Source of the DNA: an uncultured Gammaproteobacteria bacterium
GTDB lineage: Bacteria > Patescibacteriota > Patescibacteriia > Magasanikbacterales > JBBTXJ01
Direction: 5' to 3'
Length of the DNA stretch: 64,000 nucleotides
Assembly (NCBI GenBank): GCA_964636345.1
Contig: CAZWRL010000001.1
Span: forward strand, 235 to 64,234
Shown: in pieces, positions 55,810-64,000 of the stretch
Position numbering within the stretch: position 1 is the stretch's first letter
How the letters are laid out: each line of letters starts with the position of its first letter
Program-made: the position numbers and the translations under genes
The notes under the pieces: model-generated
Told to the model about the DNA's origin: nothing
Seen by the model: the letters and a program-made list of their open reading frames with translations, nothing else
Database searches by the model: none

Positions 55810-56897
55810 AGAAATCACGCTTACTTTTTGTTTTTCGTTTCAATTATTTACAGGCGGTGTTGCCGCACTATAAAACACCCGGCCGCGCGCCGCTTGATTT
55901 TTTGTATGGCATGCAGGCGATTGATGAGAGCCGGTTTGATGTGGCGTACGTGAACGCGCCGCAGGGGCCGCGTACGGAATTTATGTCACGTCTCTTTTTC
56001 CAGATTGAAAAATTTTTTTCAAAACTCACTAAACTCGGTTGGCCGCTTGAGATTTTCTTTTTGTTCCGTCGTGAATTACGGTCAGCGCCGCATATTTTTT
56101 GCGTCAATGACCCTATCGGTTTTGCCGTTCTTTTCTGGAAACGCCTCGGCATGATTCCCGGCAACGTGTATATTATTGCGCAAAGCGCTCATGAGCGCTG
56201 TCGCGAGCATTTTAGAATCGCGTGGTTCACCCGTCGTTTGGTGGGATGGCTGCTCCGCGCGGCACGGGGCGTGTTTGTGCTTGCGCCATCGGCACGGCAA
56301 TCAATGACGGATTATTTTCAGGTACCGTCTTCGCGCGTACACGAGTTTGTCTTTGGCGGCGATGCTGATTTTTGGACACCCAGCGACGCGGCACGTGAAC
56401 CGTTTGTGCTTTCAATCGGCAATGATTTTAATCGCGATTATCAGACACTCGTCCGCGCCGTGCCGGATGATGAATCACTCACCATTATTACCACAAAACC
56501 GGTAGAAAAAAATGGCAAAGATATTACCCTGGTGCAAGGGTTGTCCAACGAAACCGTGCGTGATTATTATCGCCGTGCCGCGGTAGTGGTCATTCCGAGC
56601 GTGCCGCTCGTGTATGAATCATCAGGGTTATCATCTGCGTTGCAAGCGGTGTTATGCGGCGCGCCGCTCATTATGTCTGATGCGCCGACTATGCGAGATG
56701 TGTTTACGGAAAAGGAACATTGTCTTTTTTACGAAGCCGGCAATCCGGACGCGCTGCGCAAGGTACTCGCGTATGCCAAAAAGCATCCGGAAGATATGCG
56801 CGTTATGGCCGACCGCGCGCGCGCTCATGTGCTTGCGTGCCGCACGCCGCGCCATGCCGCAGAAAGTTTAGAACGGGTCATATATGCAAACACCTAA
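55806..56897 (+). CDS. GT4-like glycosyltransferase
   Basis: D..FW.P, G.D.NRDY, Y..A..VVIPS, G.P.I. Confidence 0.8.
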   Translation: MKKSRLLFVFRFNYLQAVLPHYKTPGRAPLDFLYGMQAIDESRFDVAYVNAPQGPRTEFMSRLFFQIEKFFSKLTKLGWPLEIFFLFRRELRSAPHIFCVNDPIGFAVLFWKRLGMIPGNVYIIAQSAHERCREHFRIAWFTRRLVGWLLRAARGVFVLAPSARQSMTDYFQVPSSRVHEFVFGGDADFWTPSDAAREPFVLSIGNDFNRDYQTLVRAVPDDESLTIITTKPVEKNGKDITLVQGLSNETVRDYYRRAAVVVIPSVPLVYESSGLSSALQAVLCGAPLIMSDAPTMRDVFTEKEHCLFYEAGNPDALRKVLAYAKKHPEDMRVMADRARAHVLACRTPRHAAESLERVIYANT

Positions 56898-58452
56898 TCG
56901 TGTTCAACTGAAAAAATGGGGAGGCGCGTTGCTTTTTTGGGGCATCGTTGCCTTGTTGCTGTGTGTCGGCGTACGCGAGCGATCATTTTGGACGGACGAA
57001 TGGTACGCGTTTAAATATTTTGATCGTTCATTCTTTGAATTTCTGAAAGCATACTGGCAGAACCCGGATAATCATCCGCCCGGGTATTATCTGATACTCC
57101 TCGCGTTCATAAAATTATTGGGACGCCATGATTTTGTGGTGCGGTTGCCGTCGCTTCTTGCCGGCTTTGGCGCGCTTATTATGACGTGGCGTATTGCGCG
57201 GTTGATTGCCGGCAGGGATGAGCGTTGGCCGTATTTCGCCGTGCTTCTCGCCGCCACATCGCCGTATCTTATTATTTTGTCACAAACGGCGCGATACTTT
57301 TCACTCGCCGCTTTTTTTGCGCTTTTTGCGATATACACGGTGTTGAAAATTATAACAGGCGGAGAACGGACGTGGTTTTTTGGGTACGCAATCGCGCTTG
57401 TTTTGATTGGCTACGTTGATTACACAACTTTTTTGTATGTGAGTGCGGGGAGTACGCTGGTGATTCTGTTTACGGCATGGCGCGCCAAGAGCAAGCAACT
57501 ACTCATGTACTGGTTGCTTGCGGTGGCCTCTGCGGCGCTGCTCCTTGTGCCGCTTCTTGGAATTGCGCTTGCCAAGGCACAAGCGGAAGCGGCGTATGGC
57601 GGTGATGTATTAACAAGTGGCCCACTTGCGTGGCTCCTTCGTATTGGTATCTACGGATACGCCGCGCTGTATGGTTTTGTGGCATTTCCGTGGGATCTTG
57701 AAGTAACCATTCCGCTTGCGCTTGCGTTTCTGCTTTTGATTATTGTTTGTTTTAGAGATCGCGCAGCGCGCGGGCATTTCTGGCGGAGACCCGAAATAGT
57801 GGTCATCACGGTGATGGGCGTGCTTGCCCTTGTTTTCAATACCGCACTTTTTTCATTTTTGCCGCGTTACACGCCGCTTGCGTATCCGCGGTATGTGAGT
57901 TTTGCGCTGTATCTTTTCTTTCTTCTTTTGGCGGCGCTGGTGTGGTGGATCACGGACAAACGGCGCGGTATTCGTTTGGTGATTATCGTGTTGTTGCTCG
58001 CTACCCCCGCGTGGTCGCTCTTTGATACATTCGGCGTGACTTCTGCGGATCCAACGCTGTTTTCGATGGATAGAAATTTGTATCGCGCCGTGGAGCAGGG
58101 TGATTACATAATGATTAATGATGATTTTCCGCGTGTGATATTTGATTGGTATCGTGAAAAATATTTTGCCAACGTGACACCGCTTGAAACGCCGCCGAAT
58201 CAATCATTTTTTGAGAGCGGGAAGCGGCTCTGGGTGATTGGCTATGGATATGATGATCGCGATGGGTTCCGCGCGCCACGACAAAAAGCGGAGGATATTA
58301 CCGAGCCGCTTGGGGACGCGGTACGGGTTATTGAAAAGGGTTACGGGCCATCCATTGATTCAGAGCTTCGCGCGTTCAAAAAACGGCTCACCGGTCATGA
58401 TACCTACGAACACAAAATTGGGTTATTTTTAATCACGGCGGCGGACAAGTAA
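56884..58452 (+). CDS. GT-C (PMT/ArnT-like) membrane glycosyltransferase
   Basis: FWTDE, HPPGYY, RLPS, SP....SQ.ARY. Confidence 0.85.
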   Translation: MQTPNRVQLKKWGGALLFWGIVALLLCVGVRERSFWTDEWYAFKYFDRSFFEFLKAYWQNPDNHPPGYYLILLAFIKLLGRHDFVVRLPSLLAGFGALIMTWRIARLIAGRDERWPYFAVLLAATSPYLIILSQTARYFSLAAFFALFAIYTVLKIITGGERTWFFGYAIALVLIGYVDYTTFLYVSAGSTLVILFTAWRAKSKQLLMYWLLAVASAALLLVPLLGIALAKAQAEAAYGGDVLTSGPLAWLLRIGIYGYAALYGFVAFPWDLEVTIPLALAFLLLIIVCFRDRAARGHFWRRPEIVVITVMGVLALVFNTALFSFLPRYTPLAYPRYVSFALYLFFLLLAALVWWITDKRRGIRLVIIVLLLATPAWSLFDTFGVTSADPTLFSMDRNLYRAVEQGDYIMINDDFPRVIFDWYREKYFANVTPLETPPNQSFFESGKRLWVIGYGYDDRDGFRAPRQKAEDITEPLGDAVRVIEKGYGPSIDSELRAFKKRLTGHDTYEHKIGLFLITAADK

Positions 58453-59321
58453 TGTATCGTATGTTCACCTGCGTTGTATGTCATGGCACTGCCCATAGTG
58501 CGTATCACGCCAAGAAAAATTTTGATATTTTTGTGTGTGATGACTGCGACACGCTCCGCATACATCCCCTGCCCACCAAAGAGCAGTTAGACCGCGCGTA
58601 TGGCGCGGGATATTTTATGGGCGACGCCACCTGCGATGGGTACATGGATTATGAGTTTGAAAAGGAAGTGACACGGCGGACATTTGAGGAACATCTTGAT
58701 GATATTGAGGCATATCAAGCGCCCGGTGAGTTATTTGAGGTGGGCGCGGCGACCGGTTATTTTTTGTCACTCGCGCGCGAGCGCGGATGGCGTGTTGCTG
58801 GCGTTGATTATTCATCCTACGCGGCGGCGCGGGCGCAAGAAAAGGGCATTCCGGTTGCGGCGGGCGGAGTGCAAGCGCTTGCAGAGAGCGAGAACCGGTA
58901 TGATGTGATCGCGCTTTTTGACGTGATTGAACACCTTTTGTACCCAGAAGAAGAACTGGCGCAGATGGTGCGCGCGCTCAAACCCGGCGGGCTCTTGGTG
59001 TTTGCAACTCCGGATCGTTCAAGCGTATTTGCCCGCTTGACAGGCAGGTTTTGGCATGCCATTGTTCCTCCACAGCATGTGTTTTTATTTGGATCAAAAA
59101 CGATTGATCAATTGTTGCGGCGGCACGGCCTTACGGTACTTGAAAAATCGCGTCCGGGCAAATGGTTCACCGTGCAATATCTGTTTCGCGCGCTGTATAC
59201 GTGGCTTGGCTTTCGTTTTTTATACACGTTTGCTGAACGTGTCGCCCACACCCGTTTTGGCCGTTTCGCATTCCCGCTTAATGTGCGCGATACGATGTTC
59301 GTGATTGCGCGAAAAGTATGA
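58452..59321 (+). CDS. Class I methyltransferase with N-terminal zinc ribbon
   Basis: CxxC..CxxC, EVGAATG, DVIEHL, LKPGG, PPQH. Confidence 0.9.
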   Translation: MYRMFTCVVCHGTAHSAYHAKKNFDIFVCDDCDTLRIHPLPTKEQLDRAYGAGYFMGDATCDGYMDYEFEKEVTRRTFEEHLDDIEAYQAPGELFEVGAATGYFLSLARERGWRVAGVDYSSYAAARAQEKGIPVAAGGVQALAESENRYDVIALFDVIEHLLYPEEELAQMVRALKPGGLLVFATPDRSSVFARLTGRFWHAIVPPQHVFLFGSKTIDQLLRRHGLTVLEKSRPGKWFTVQYLFRALYTWLGFRFLYTFAERVAHTRFGRFAFPLNVRDTMFVIARKV

Positions 59322-60427
59322 TTGTCCTCAACATCAACAAATTGTACGCGCCCGCCATTGGCGGTGTTGAAACCGTGGTGCAACAACTGGCGGAGGGTTT
59401 TATGTTGCAGGGTCATTCGCGGGTGCTGGTGGTGCGCGATGGTTTTGGTTTTGGCGCGACTGAACAAAAGAACGGCGTTATCGTGCGACGCGCGGGGAGT
59501 GTGGGGCGTGTGCGTTCTATGCCGGTTTCGTTTTCTTTCATCTATTGGCTTTGGAAAGAAAGTAAAACCGCGGACGTGTTGCATGTTCACTATCCCTTTC
59601 CGCTTGCCGCGTTTGCGTTGTGGCTTGCGCGACCCAAAAAGCCGCTCATCATTACGTGGCATAGTTCCGTGGTGCGCCAGCGGTTGTTGAATTTTTTTGT
59701 ACAGCCGTTTGTGCGTTGGACACTCGCGCGCGCGGAAAAAATTGTGGTGACGTTTCCAAACGCGGTATCGTATTTTAAGGAACTCGCGCCGTTCCGTGAA
59801 AAATGTGTCGTGGTGCCCCTCGGCATTGATCTGACAAAAGCGCAGTCGGAAACACCGAATGTTGTATTTCCGGATCGCGAGTGTCCAACATTCGTCTTTG
59901 TGGGGCGTTTTATTTATTACAAAGGATTGCCGGAACTGGTGACTGCGTTTGCCGCTGTGCCACGCGGCACCTTGTATTTAGTGGGCGATGGTCCCATGCG
60001 GCGTAAAATTGCACGTCTCATTGCATGCAAAGGTCTTTCCGCGCGCGTAAAAATTATTGCAACGCGTGATGACAAGACACTTCGTTTTTATCTTGGCGCG
60101 GCTGATGTGGTTGTTTTCCCGTCAACGCAACCATCGGAAGTGTTTGGGTTGGTTCAACTTGAGGCAATGGCGACCGGCAAACCCATTATCAATACCGCGC
60201 TTCCAACCGGCGTGCCGTGGGTTGCGCGCCATGAGCAGGAGGCGCTCACGGTGCCGCCGGGTGATGTGTCGGCGCTCGCACGTGCCGTGGAACTGCTTGG
60301 AAATGACGCGGCGCTGCGCGCTCGTTTAGGGCAGGCGGGCAGGGAACGGGTAGCGCAGGAATTCACGCTTGCCAACATGCGGGCCGCGTATTATGATCTC
60401 TACCACTATGTCAGCTCTCAAAGATAA
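59318..60427 (+). CDS. GT4 glycosyltransferase
   Basis: GGVE, H.P.P, VGR..YKG, E.FGLVQLEAMA.GKP. Confidence 0.92.
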   Translation: MIVLNINKLYAPAIGGVETVVQQLAEGFMLQGHSRVLVVRDGFGFGATEQKNGVIVRRAGSVGRVRSMPVSFSFIYWLWKESKTADVLHVHYPFPLAAFALWLARPKKPLIITWHSSVVRQRLLNFFVQPFVRWTLARAEKIVVTFPNAVSYFKELAPFREKCVVVPLGIDLTKAQSETPNVVFPDRECPTFVFVGRFIYYKGLPELVTAFAAVPRGTLYLVGDGPMRRKIARLIACKGLSARVKIIATRDDKTLRFYLGAADVVVFPSTQPSEVFGLVQLEAMATGKPIINTALPTGVPWVARHEQEALTVPPGDVSALARAVELLGNDAALRARLGQAGRERVAQEFTLANMRAAYYDLYHYVSSQR

Positions 60428-61217
60428 ACGCGTGGGTGTGATGGGCGCCGGCATGGTTGGCGGCGCGCTCATCAAGTATTTTGAAAAGAAAAAATGTAAT
60501 TTTGTCATCTACGATCCGCCAAAGGGTTTTGCGGATGCGGGCGCGTTGAATACCGCGGAGGTGGTTTTTGTGTGTGTTCCAACGCCGTTTGATGAGCGAT
60601 TAGGGTTTGATTTGAGTTACGTGCGGCAGGCGCTCTCCACGCTGACGGGTGAAAAAATTGTCGTGCTCAAATCAACGGTGGTTCCGGGCACCACCGCGCG
60701 ATTGCAAAAGGAATTTCCACAGCATCGCCTGTGTTACAATCCGGAATTTTTGACCGAAGTGACGGCTGATCAAGATTTCGCGTTTCCGGATAGGCAAATT
60801 TTAGGATACACGGAGCGGAGTTTTGGCATCGCGAAAGATATTATTTTGCTCATGCCGCAGGCGCCGTTTGAGCGCATCGTTCCGTCCACGGCGGCGGAAA
60901 TGATTAAGTATTTTGGCAATACGTGGTTTTCCACCAAAGTGGTGTTCGCAAACCAGATGTACGATTTGTGTCAAAAACTCGGTGTGGAGTATGACACGGT
61001 GAAAGACGCGGTGGCGGCGGATAAACGCATCGGGCCGACGCATTTGGAGATATTGCATGACGGCTATCGCGGGTACGGCGGCAAGTGTTTGCCAAAAGAT
61101 ACCCGCGCGCTCATTCAGTTGGGAGATACGCTGGGCGCGGAGTTGGAGCTTTTGAAAATGGTGGAGTATATTAATAATCAGTTGGTTAAGCAATCAGAAT
61201 TAGATCGTGATCGTTAA
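60408..61217 (+). CDS. Short UDP-glucose dehydrogenase-like protein (no C-terminal domain)
   Basis: GAGMVG, CVPTP, KSTV.PG, NPEFL, GYGGKCLPKD; ends after the helical domain. Confidence 0.85.
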   Translation: MSALKDKRVGVMGAGMVGGALIKYFEKKKCNFVIYDPPKGFADAGALNTAEVVFVCVPTPFDERLGFDLSYVRQALSTLTGEKIVVLKSTVVPGTTARLQKEFPQHRLCYNPEFLTEVTADQDFAFPDRQILGYTERSFGIAKDIILLMPQAPFERIVPSTAAEMIKYFGNTWFSTKVVFANQMYDLCQKLGVEYDTVKDAVAADKRIGPTHLEILHDGYRGYGGKCLPKDTRALIQLGDTLGAELELLKMVEYINNQLVKQSELDRDR

Positions 61218-61219
61218 AT

Positions 61220-62128
61220 ATGCGCTATCTCGTCACCGGCGGGGCCGGATTTATTGGAACGAATATCGTGGAAGCGCTTTTGGCGCGCAATGATAGTGTT
61301 TGTATTCTTGATGATTTTTCAACCGGCAAACGCGAACGTGTGCCGGTTGTGGCGGAATTGATTGAAGGCACCATCACAAATCTTGAAACATGTCGGCGCG
61401 CCTGCGCGGGAGTTGATGGCGTATTTCATACCGCCGCTCTCGCTCGCATGCCGCGCTCCATTGAAGACCCCATCGGCACCAATGACGCCAACGTGAACGG
61501 CACGCTCAATATGCTCGTTGCCGCGCGCGATGCCGGCGTGAAGCGGTTTGTGTTTAGCGGTTCGTCATCCGTGTACGGCGTGCAAGACACCCTGCCTCTG
61601 AAAGAAGACATGAAGCCGCGACCGGGCAATCCGTACGCGCTCCAGAAACTCGCGGGAGAAGAGTATTGCCGGCTCTTTTGGGAGTTGTTTCAATTTCCAA
61701 CCGTGACGTTGCGGTATTTCAATGTGTACGGCGGCAAGTATCAGACCACGGATGGCGCGTACGCGCTCGTGTTCGGGATTTTTATCAGGCAGAAACGCGC
61801 CGGTGAACCATTAACACTTTGTGGCGACGGTGAATATCGCCGAGATTTTACTCATGTTGACGATGTCGTCCGCGCGAATCTTTTGGCAATGGACGGCGCG
61901 ACGGTTGGCCACGGCGAGATTATCAATATCGGAGCGGGGGATAACCACACCGTTAAAGCGTTGGCCGCGCTGGTAGGCGGGGAGACAGTGTTTATTCCGC
62001 CGCGTCCGGGCGATGCGCGGGATTCATTGGCTGATCGCGCACGCGCCAAAGAGCTTTTGGGCTGGGAGCCGATGGTTCCCTTTGAAGACGGCGTGCGCGG
62101 GACGCTCACCTTCATGGGTCTTGCGTGA
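61220..62128 (+). CDS. NAD-dependent epimerase (WbpP/GalE-like)
   Basis: VTGGAGFIG, SSSVYG, YALQK, LRYFNVYG, RDFTHV.D. Confidence 0.92.
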   Translation: MRYLVTGGAGFIGTNIVEALLARNDSVCILDDFSTGKRERVPVVAELIEGTITNLETCRRACAGVDGVFHTAALARMPRSIEDPIGTNDANVNGTLNMLVAARDAGVKRFVFSGSSSVYGVQDTLPLKEDMKPRPGNPYALQKLAGEEYCRLFWELFQFPTVTLRYFNVYGGKYQTTDGAYALVFGIFIRQKRAGEPLTLCGDGEYRRDFTHVDDVVRANLLAMDGATVGHGEIINIGAGDNHTVKALAALVGGETVFIPPRPGDARDSLADRARAKELLGWEPMVPFEDGVRGTLTFMGLA

Positions 62129-62150
62129 CGCAACGAAATATACCGTGTTT

Positions 62151-62846
62151 TTACCGTAACCGCCACCCAATGCGGAGGGCTTCCAGAATCATTTTTTTTG
62201 AGAATTTTGAGTAGCCGTTGTAGCGGTCGCGGAAGATGATCGGGATTTCAGCAAAACGGGCTCCGGCGCGATGAGCATGATGCTTCATTTCAATTTGAAA
62301 ACCATAGCCGTCGGATTGGATCGCGTGAAAGGGGATGTGTTCCAGCACGTGCCGGCGGTACCCCACAAAACCACCCGTGATGTCGAGGATTGGGAGACGG
62401 GTCAGCGTGCGGGCATAGGTATTGGCGGCGCGGGAGATCAGTTTTCGGTGCCAGGAAAAGTTAGAAATGTCACCACCCGGCACATAGCGGGAGCCGATGA
62501 CGACATCGTTATCCAAGAGCGCGCTCATGAGCGCGGGAAGATACTGCGGGTGGTGCGAAAGATCCGCATCCATTTCAAAGACGGCTTCAGTTGCCGGATC
62601 AGCAAGCGCTACTTTGAATCCCTCAATGTATGATTGCGCAAAACTGCGTGGATTGGTGCGGCGAATAACGGCTACGCGCGGATGAACACTAAAAGTGTTC
62701 ATGACGATATCCGCGGTGCCATCTGGCGACTGGTCATCAACAATGAGCAGGCGAACGTCTTCCGGCGCATGACGAAAAATTTCTTCAATGGTTCCGAGAA
62801 TTGATTCCGCTTCGTTGTAAGTTGGTATGACGATGGTTGTTTTCAT
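62151..62846 (-). CDS. Polyprenol monophosphomannose synthase-like GT2
   Basis: IPTYNE, VDDQSPDGT, MDADLSH.P, GSRYV.GG, GY.FQIE. Confidence 0.92.
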   Translation of the reverse strand: MKTTIVIPTYNEAESILGTIEEIFRHAPEDVRLLIVDDQSPDGTADIVMNTFSVHPRVAVIRRTNPRSFAQSYIEGFKVALADPATEAVFEMDADLSHHPQYLPALMSALLDNDVVIGSRYVPGGDISNFSWHRKLISRAANTYARTLTRLPILDITGGFVGYRRHVLEHIPFHAIQSDGYGFQIEMKHHAHRAGARFAEIPIIFRDRYNGYSKFSKKMILEALRIGWRLR

Positions 62847-64000
62847 CTTCCCATTGCTTTAACAATAATATGTAGGGTCTTGAGGACAATCACGAGGTCA
62901 AGCAGGAGCGAACGGTGTTTCATGTAAAAGAGATCATACTCAAGTTTTACCAAACTTTCGTCAAGCGTTGCGCCGTATCGGTAACTGATCTGTGCCCAGC
63001 CGGTGATGCCCGGCCGTAACAAGTGACGGATGCTGTAAAACGGCGCGCGTTCTTGTAGTTGCTCAACAAACTCCGGGCGTTCCGGCCGCGGACCAATAAG
63101 ATTCATGTCGCGGCGCAAGATATTCCACACCTGCGGCAATTCATCAATACGGAAACGGCGGAGCCATTTACCGATGCGCGTGACGCGTCGGTCATTCACC
63201 TGGGTAAATTGCGCGCCGCTGGTTTCTGCCAGGCCGCTCTTATTTTGTACGTACATGGTGCGGAGTTTCACAATGGGGAATATCTTATTATTGTATCCCA
63301 CGCGTGTTTGTTTGATGAAAACCGGCCGGCCGGATTCTATGATAATCGCGAGCGCCACAAAGGGGAAGAGCGCGAGAAAAACGATCCCCAAGAGCAGTGC
63401 GATGAGAATGTCAAAGATGGTGCGCGCGGCATCGTAATACTGTTTGCGACTTTCGCGGAGATTCTGTACAAACCACGCTTCGGTTAACATGTCGCGGTTC
63501 ACGCGGCCGGTGACCGCCTCATAAAATGACGCGAGATCCGCCATTTCCACGCGCCAAAACAGGAGTTCGTATAATTCTTTTTCCAGTTCCAGGGTGCGCA
63601 TGAGCGCGGGCGAGATCACCACCATGTGTATTTCTTTAATATCAACGACCGCGCGAATGCGCAGTGGGTCAGTGAAACATTCCACCATTGCTTGTATATT
63701 TTTTGGGATGTTGTCATGGTTCGGATCAACAATCGCGGCCGTGGTGAAGCCAATCTGCGGATCATTCGCGAAGATGGTGACCAATTCTTCTAAACGCGGA
63801 TGATAGCCAAGAAACAGAATACTGCGGCGCAAGAGCGCGGGTCCCAAGAGCCAGTTAAAGAGCGCGCGCCAGAGCGAGACCAAGACGGTGGCAAGGAGCA
63901 CCACCAGAATAAGATTGGTTTTAGGCGTGATGCGAAACGCGGGAATAAAATAAAAAAAGGCCAGTCCGAGGAAAAAATTGACCAGGAAACTCAACGAGAT
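62843..64000 (-). CDS. Priming sugar transferase (WcaJ/WbaP-like), start outside window
   Basis: Q.RVG, K.RTM, D.RVT.IG..LR..RIDELPQ, GPRPERP, PGITGWAQ, DL.Y. Confidence 0.92.
   Translation of the reverse strand: MSLSFLVNFFLGLAFFYFIPAFRITPKTNLILVVLLATVLVSLWRALFNWLLGPALLRRSILFLGYHPRLEELVTIFANDPQIGFTTAAIVDPNHDNIPKNIQAMVECFTDPLRIRAVVDIKEIHMVVISPALMRTLELEKELYELLFWRVEMADLASFYEAVTGRVNRDMLTEAWFVQNLRESRKQYYDAARTIFDILIALLLGIVFLALFPFVALAIIIESGRPVFIKQTRVGYNNKIFPIVKLRTMYVQNKSGLAETSGAQFTQVNDRRVTRIGKWLRRFRIDELPQVWNILRRDMNLIGPRPERPEFVEQLQERAPFYSIRHLLRPGITGWAQISYRYGATLDESLVKLEYDLFYMKHRSLLLDLVIVLKTLHIIVKAMGR

Noticed and set aside
1-64000. CRISPR array, rRNA, prophage, IS transposase or TGA recoding
   Set aside because: No regularly spaced repeats or hallmark genes seen; TGA ends several genes at their expected C-termini.

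Overview
This window looks like a Patescibacteria (CPR, probably Parcubacteria/ABY1-like) chromosome segment using the standard genetic code. The assignment is inferred from the PrgI/VirB4/VirB6-like cluster next to comF, the Cys-rich 'DNWGWCNG' protein tail and the LemA-TPM pair. (1) 1-4480 is a repeated cassette array. Promoterless alternative C-terminal tips of a Cys-rich surface protein (+ strand) each converge on a variable paralogous lipoprotein gene (- strand) that has its own promoter, RBS and terminator. A HEPN-MNT toxin-antitoxin pair and REP-like palindromes are interspersed. This is the best candidate for an undescribed system. (2) 4.5-9.8 kb holds nucleotide/phosphate-handling enzymes: two NUDIX, a divergent GlpX, an NMP kinase, an EEP protein and YvcK. 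(3) 9.9-18.4 kb is the T4SS-like cluster plus comF. (4) 18.4-32.7 kb contains an M14 peptidase with a PurD-like ATP-grasp enzyme, typA, two tRNA-Ser genes, an exonuclease, lemA, TPM, a SpoU methylase, an atypical class III nucleotide cyclase, a membrane protein with a PmoC-like motif, a stand-alone cNMP-binding protein, Hsp20, VanW and a candidate rod-shaped ncRNA. (5) 32.8-64 kb is a large surface-glycan locus with a panB/ThDP-enzyme/3-dehydratase operon (putative branched-chain sugar), a Ugd-methyltransferase fusion, nadE and asnB. REP-like palindromes are inserted in frame inside three proteins. All calls come from reading motifs by eye; no searches were run.
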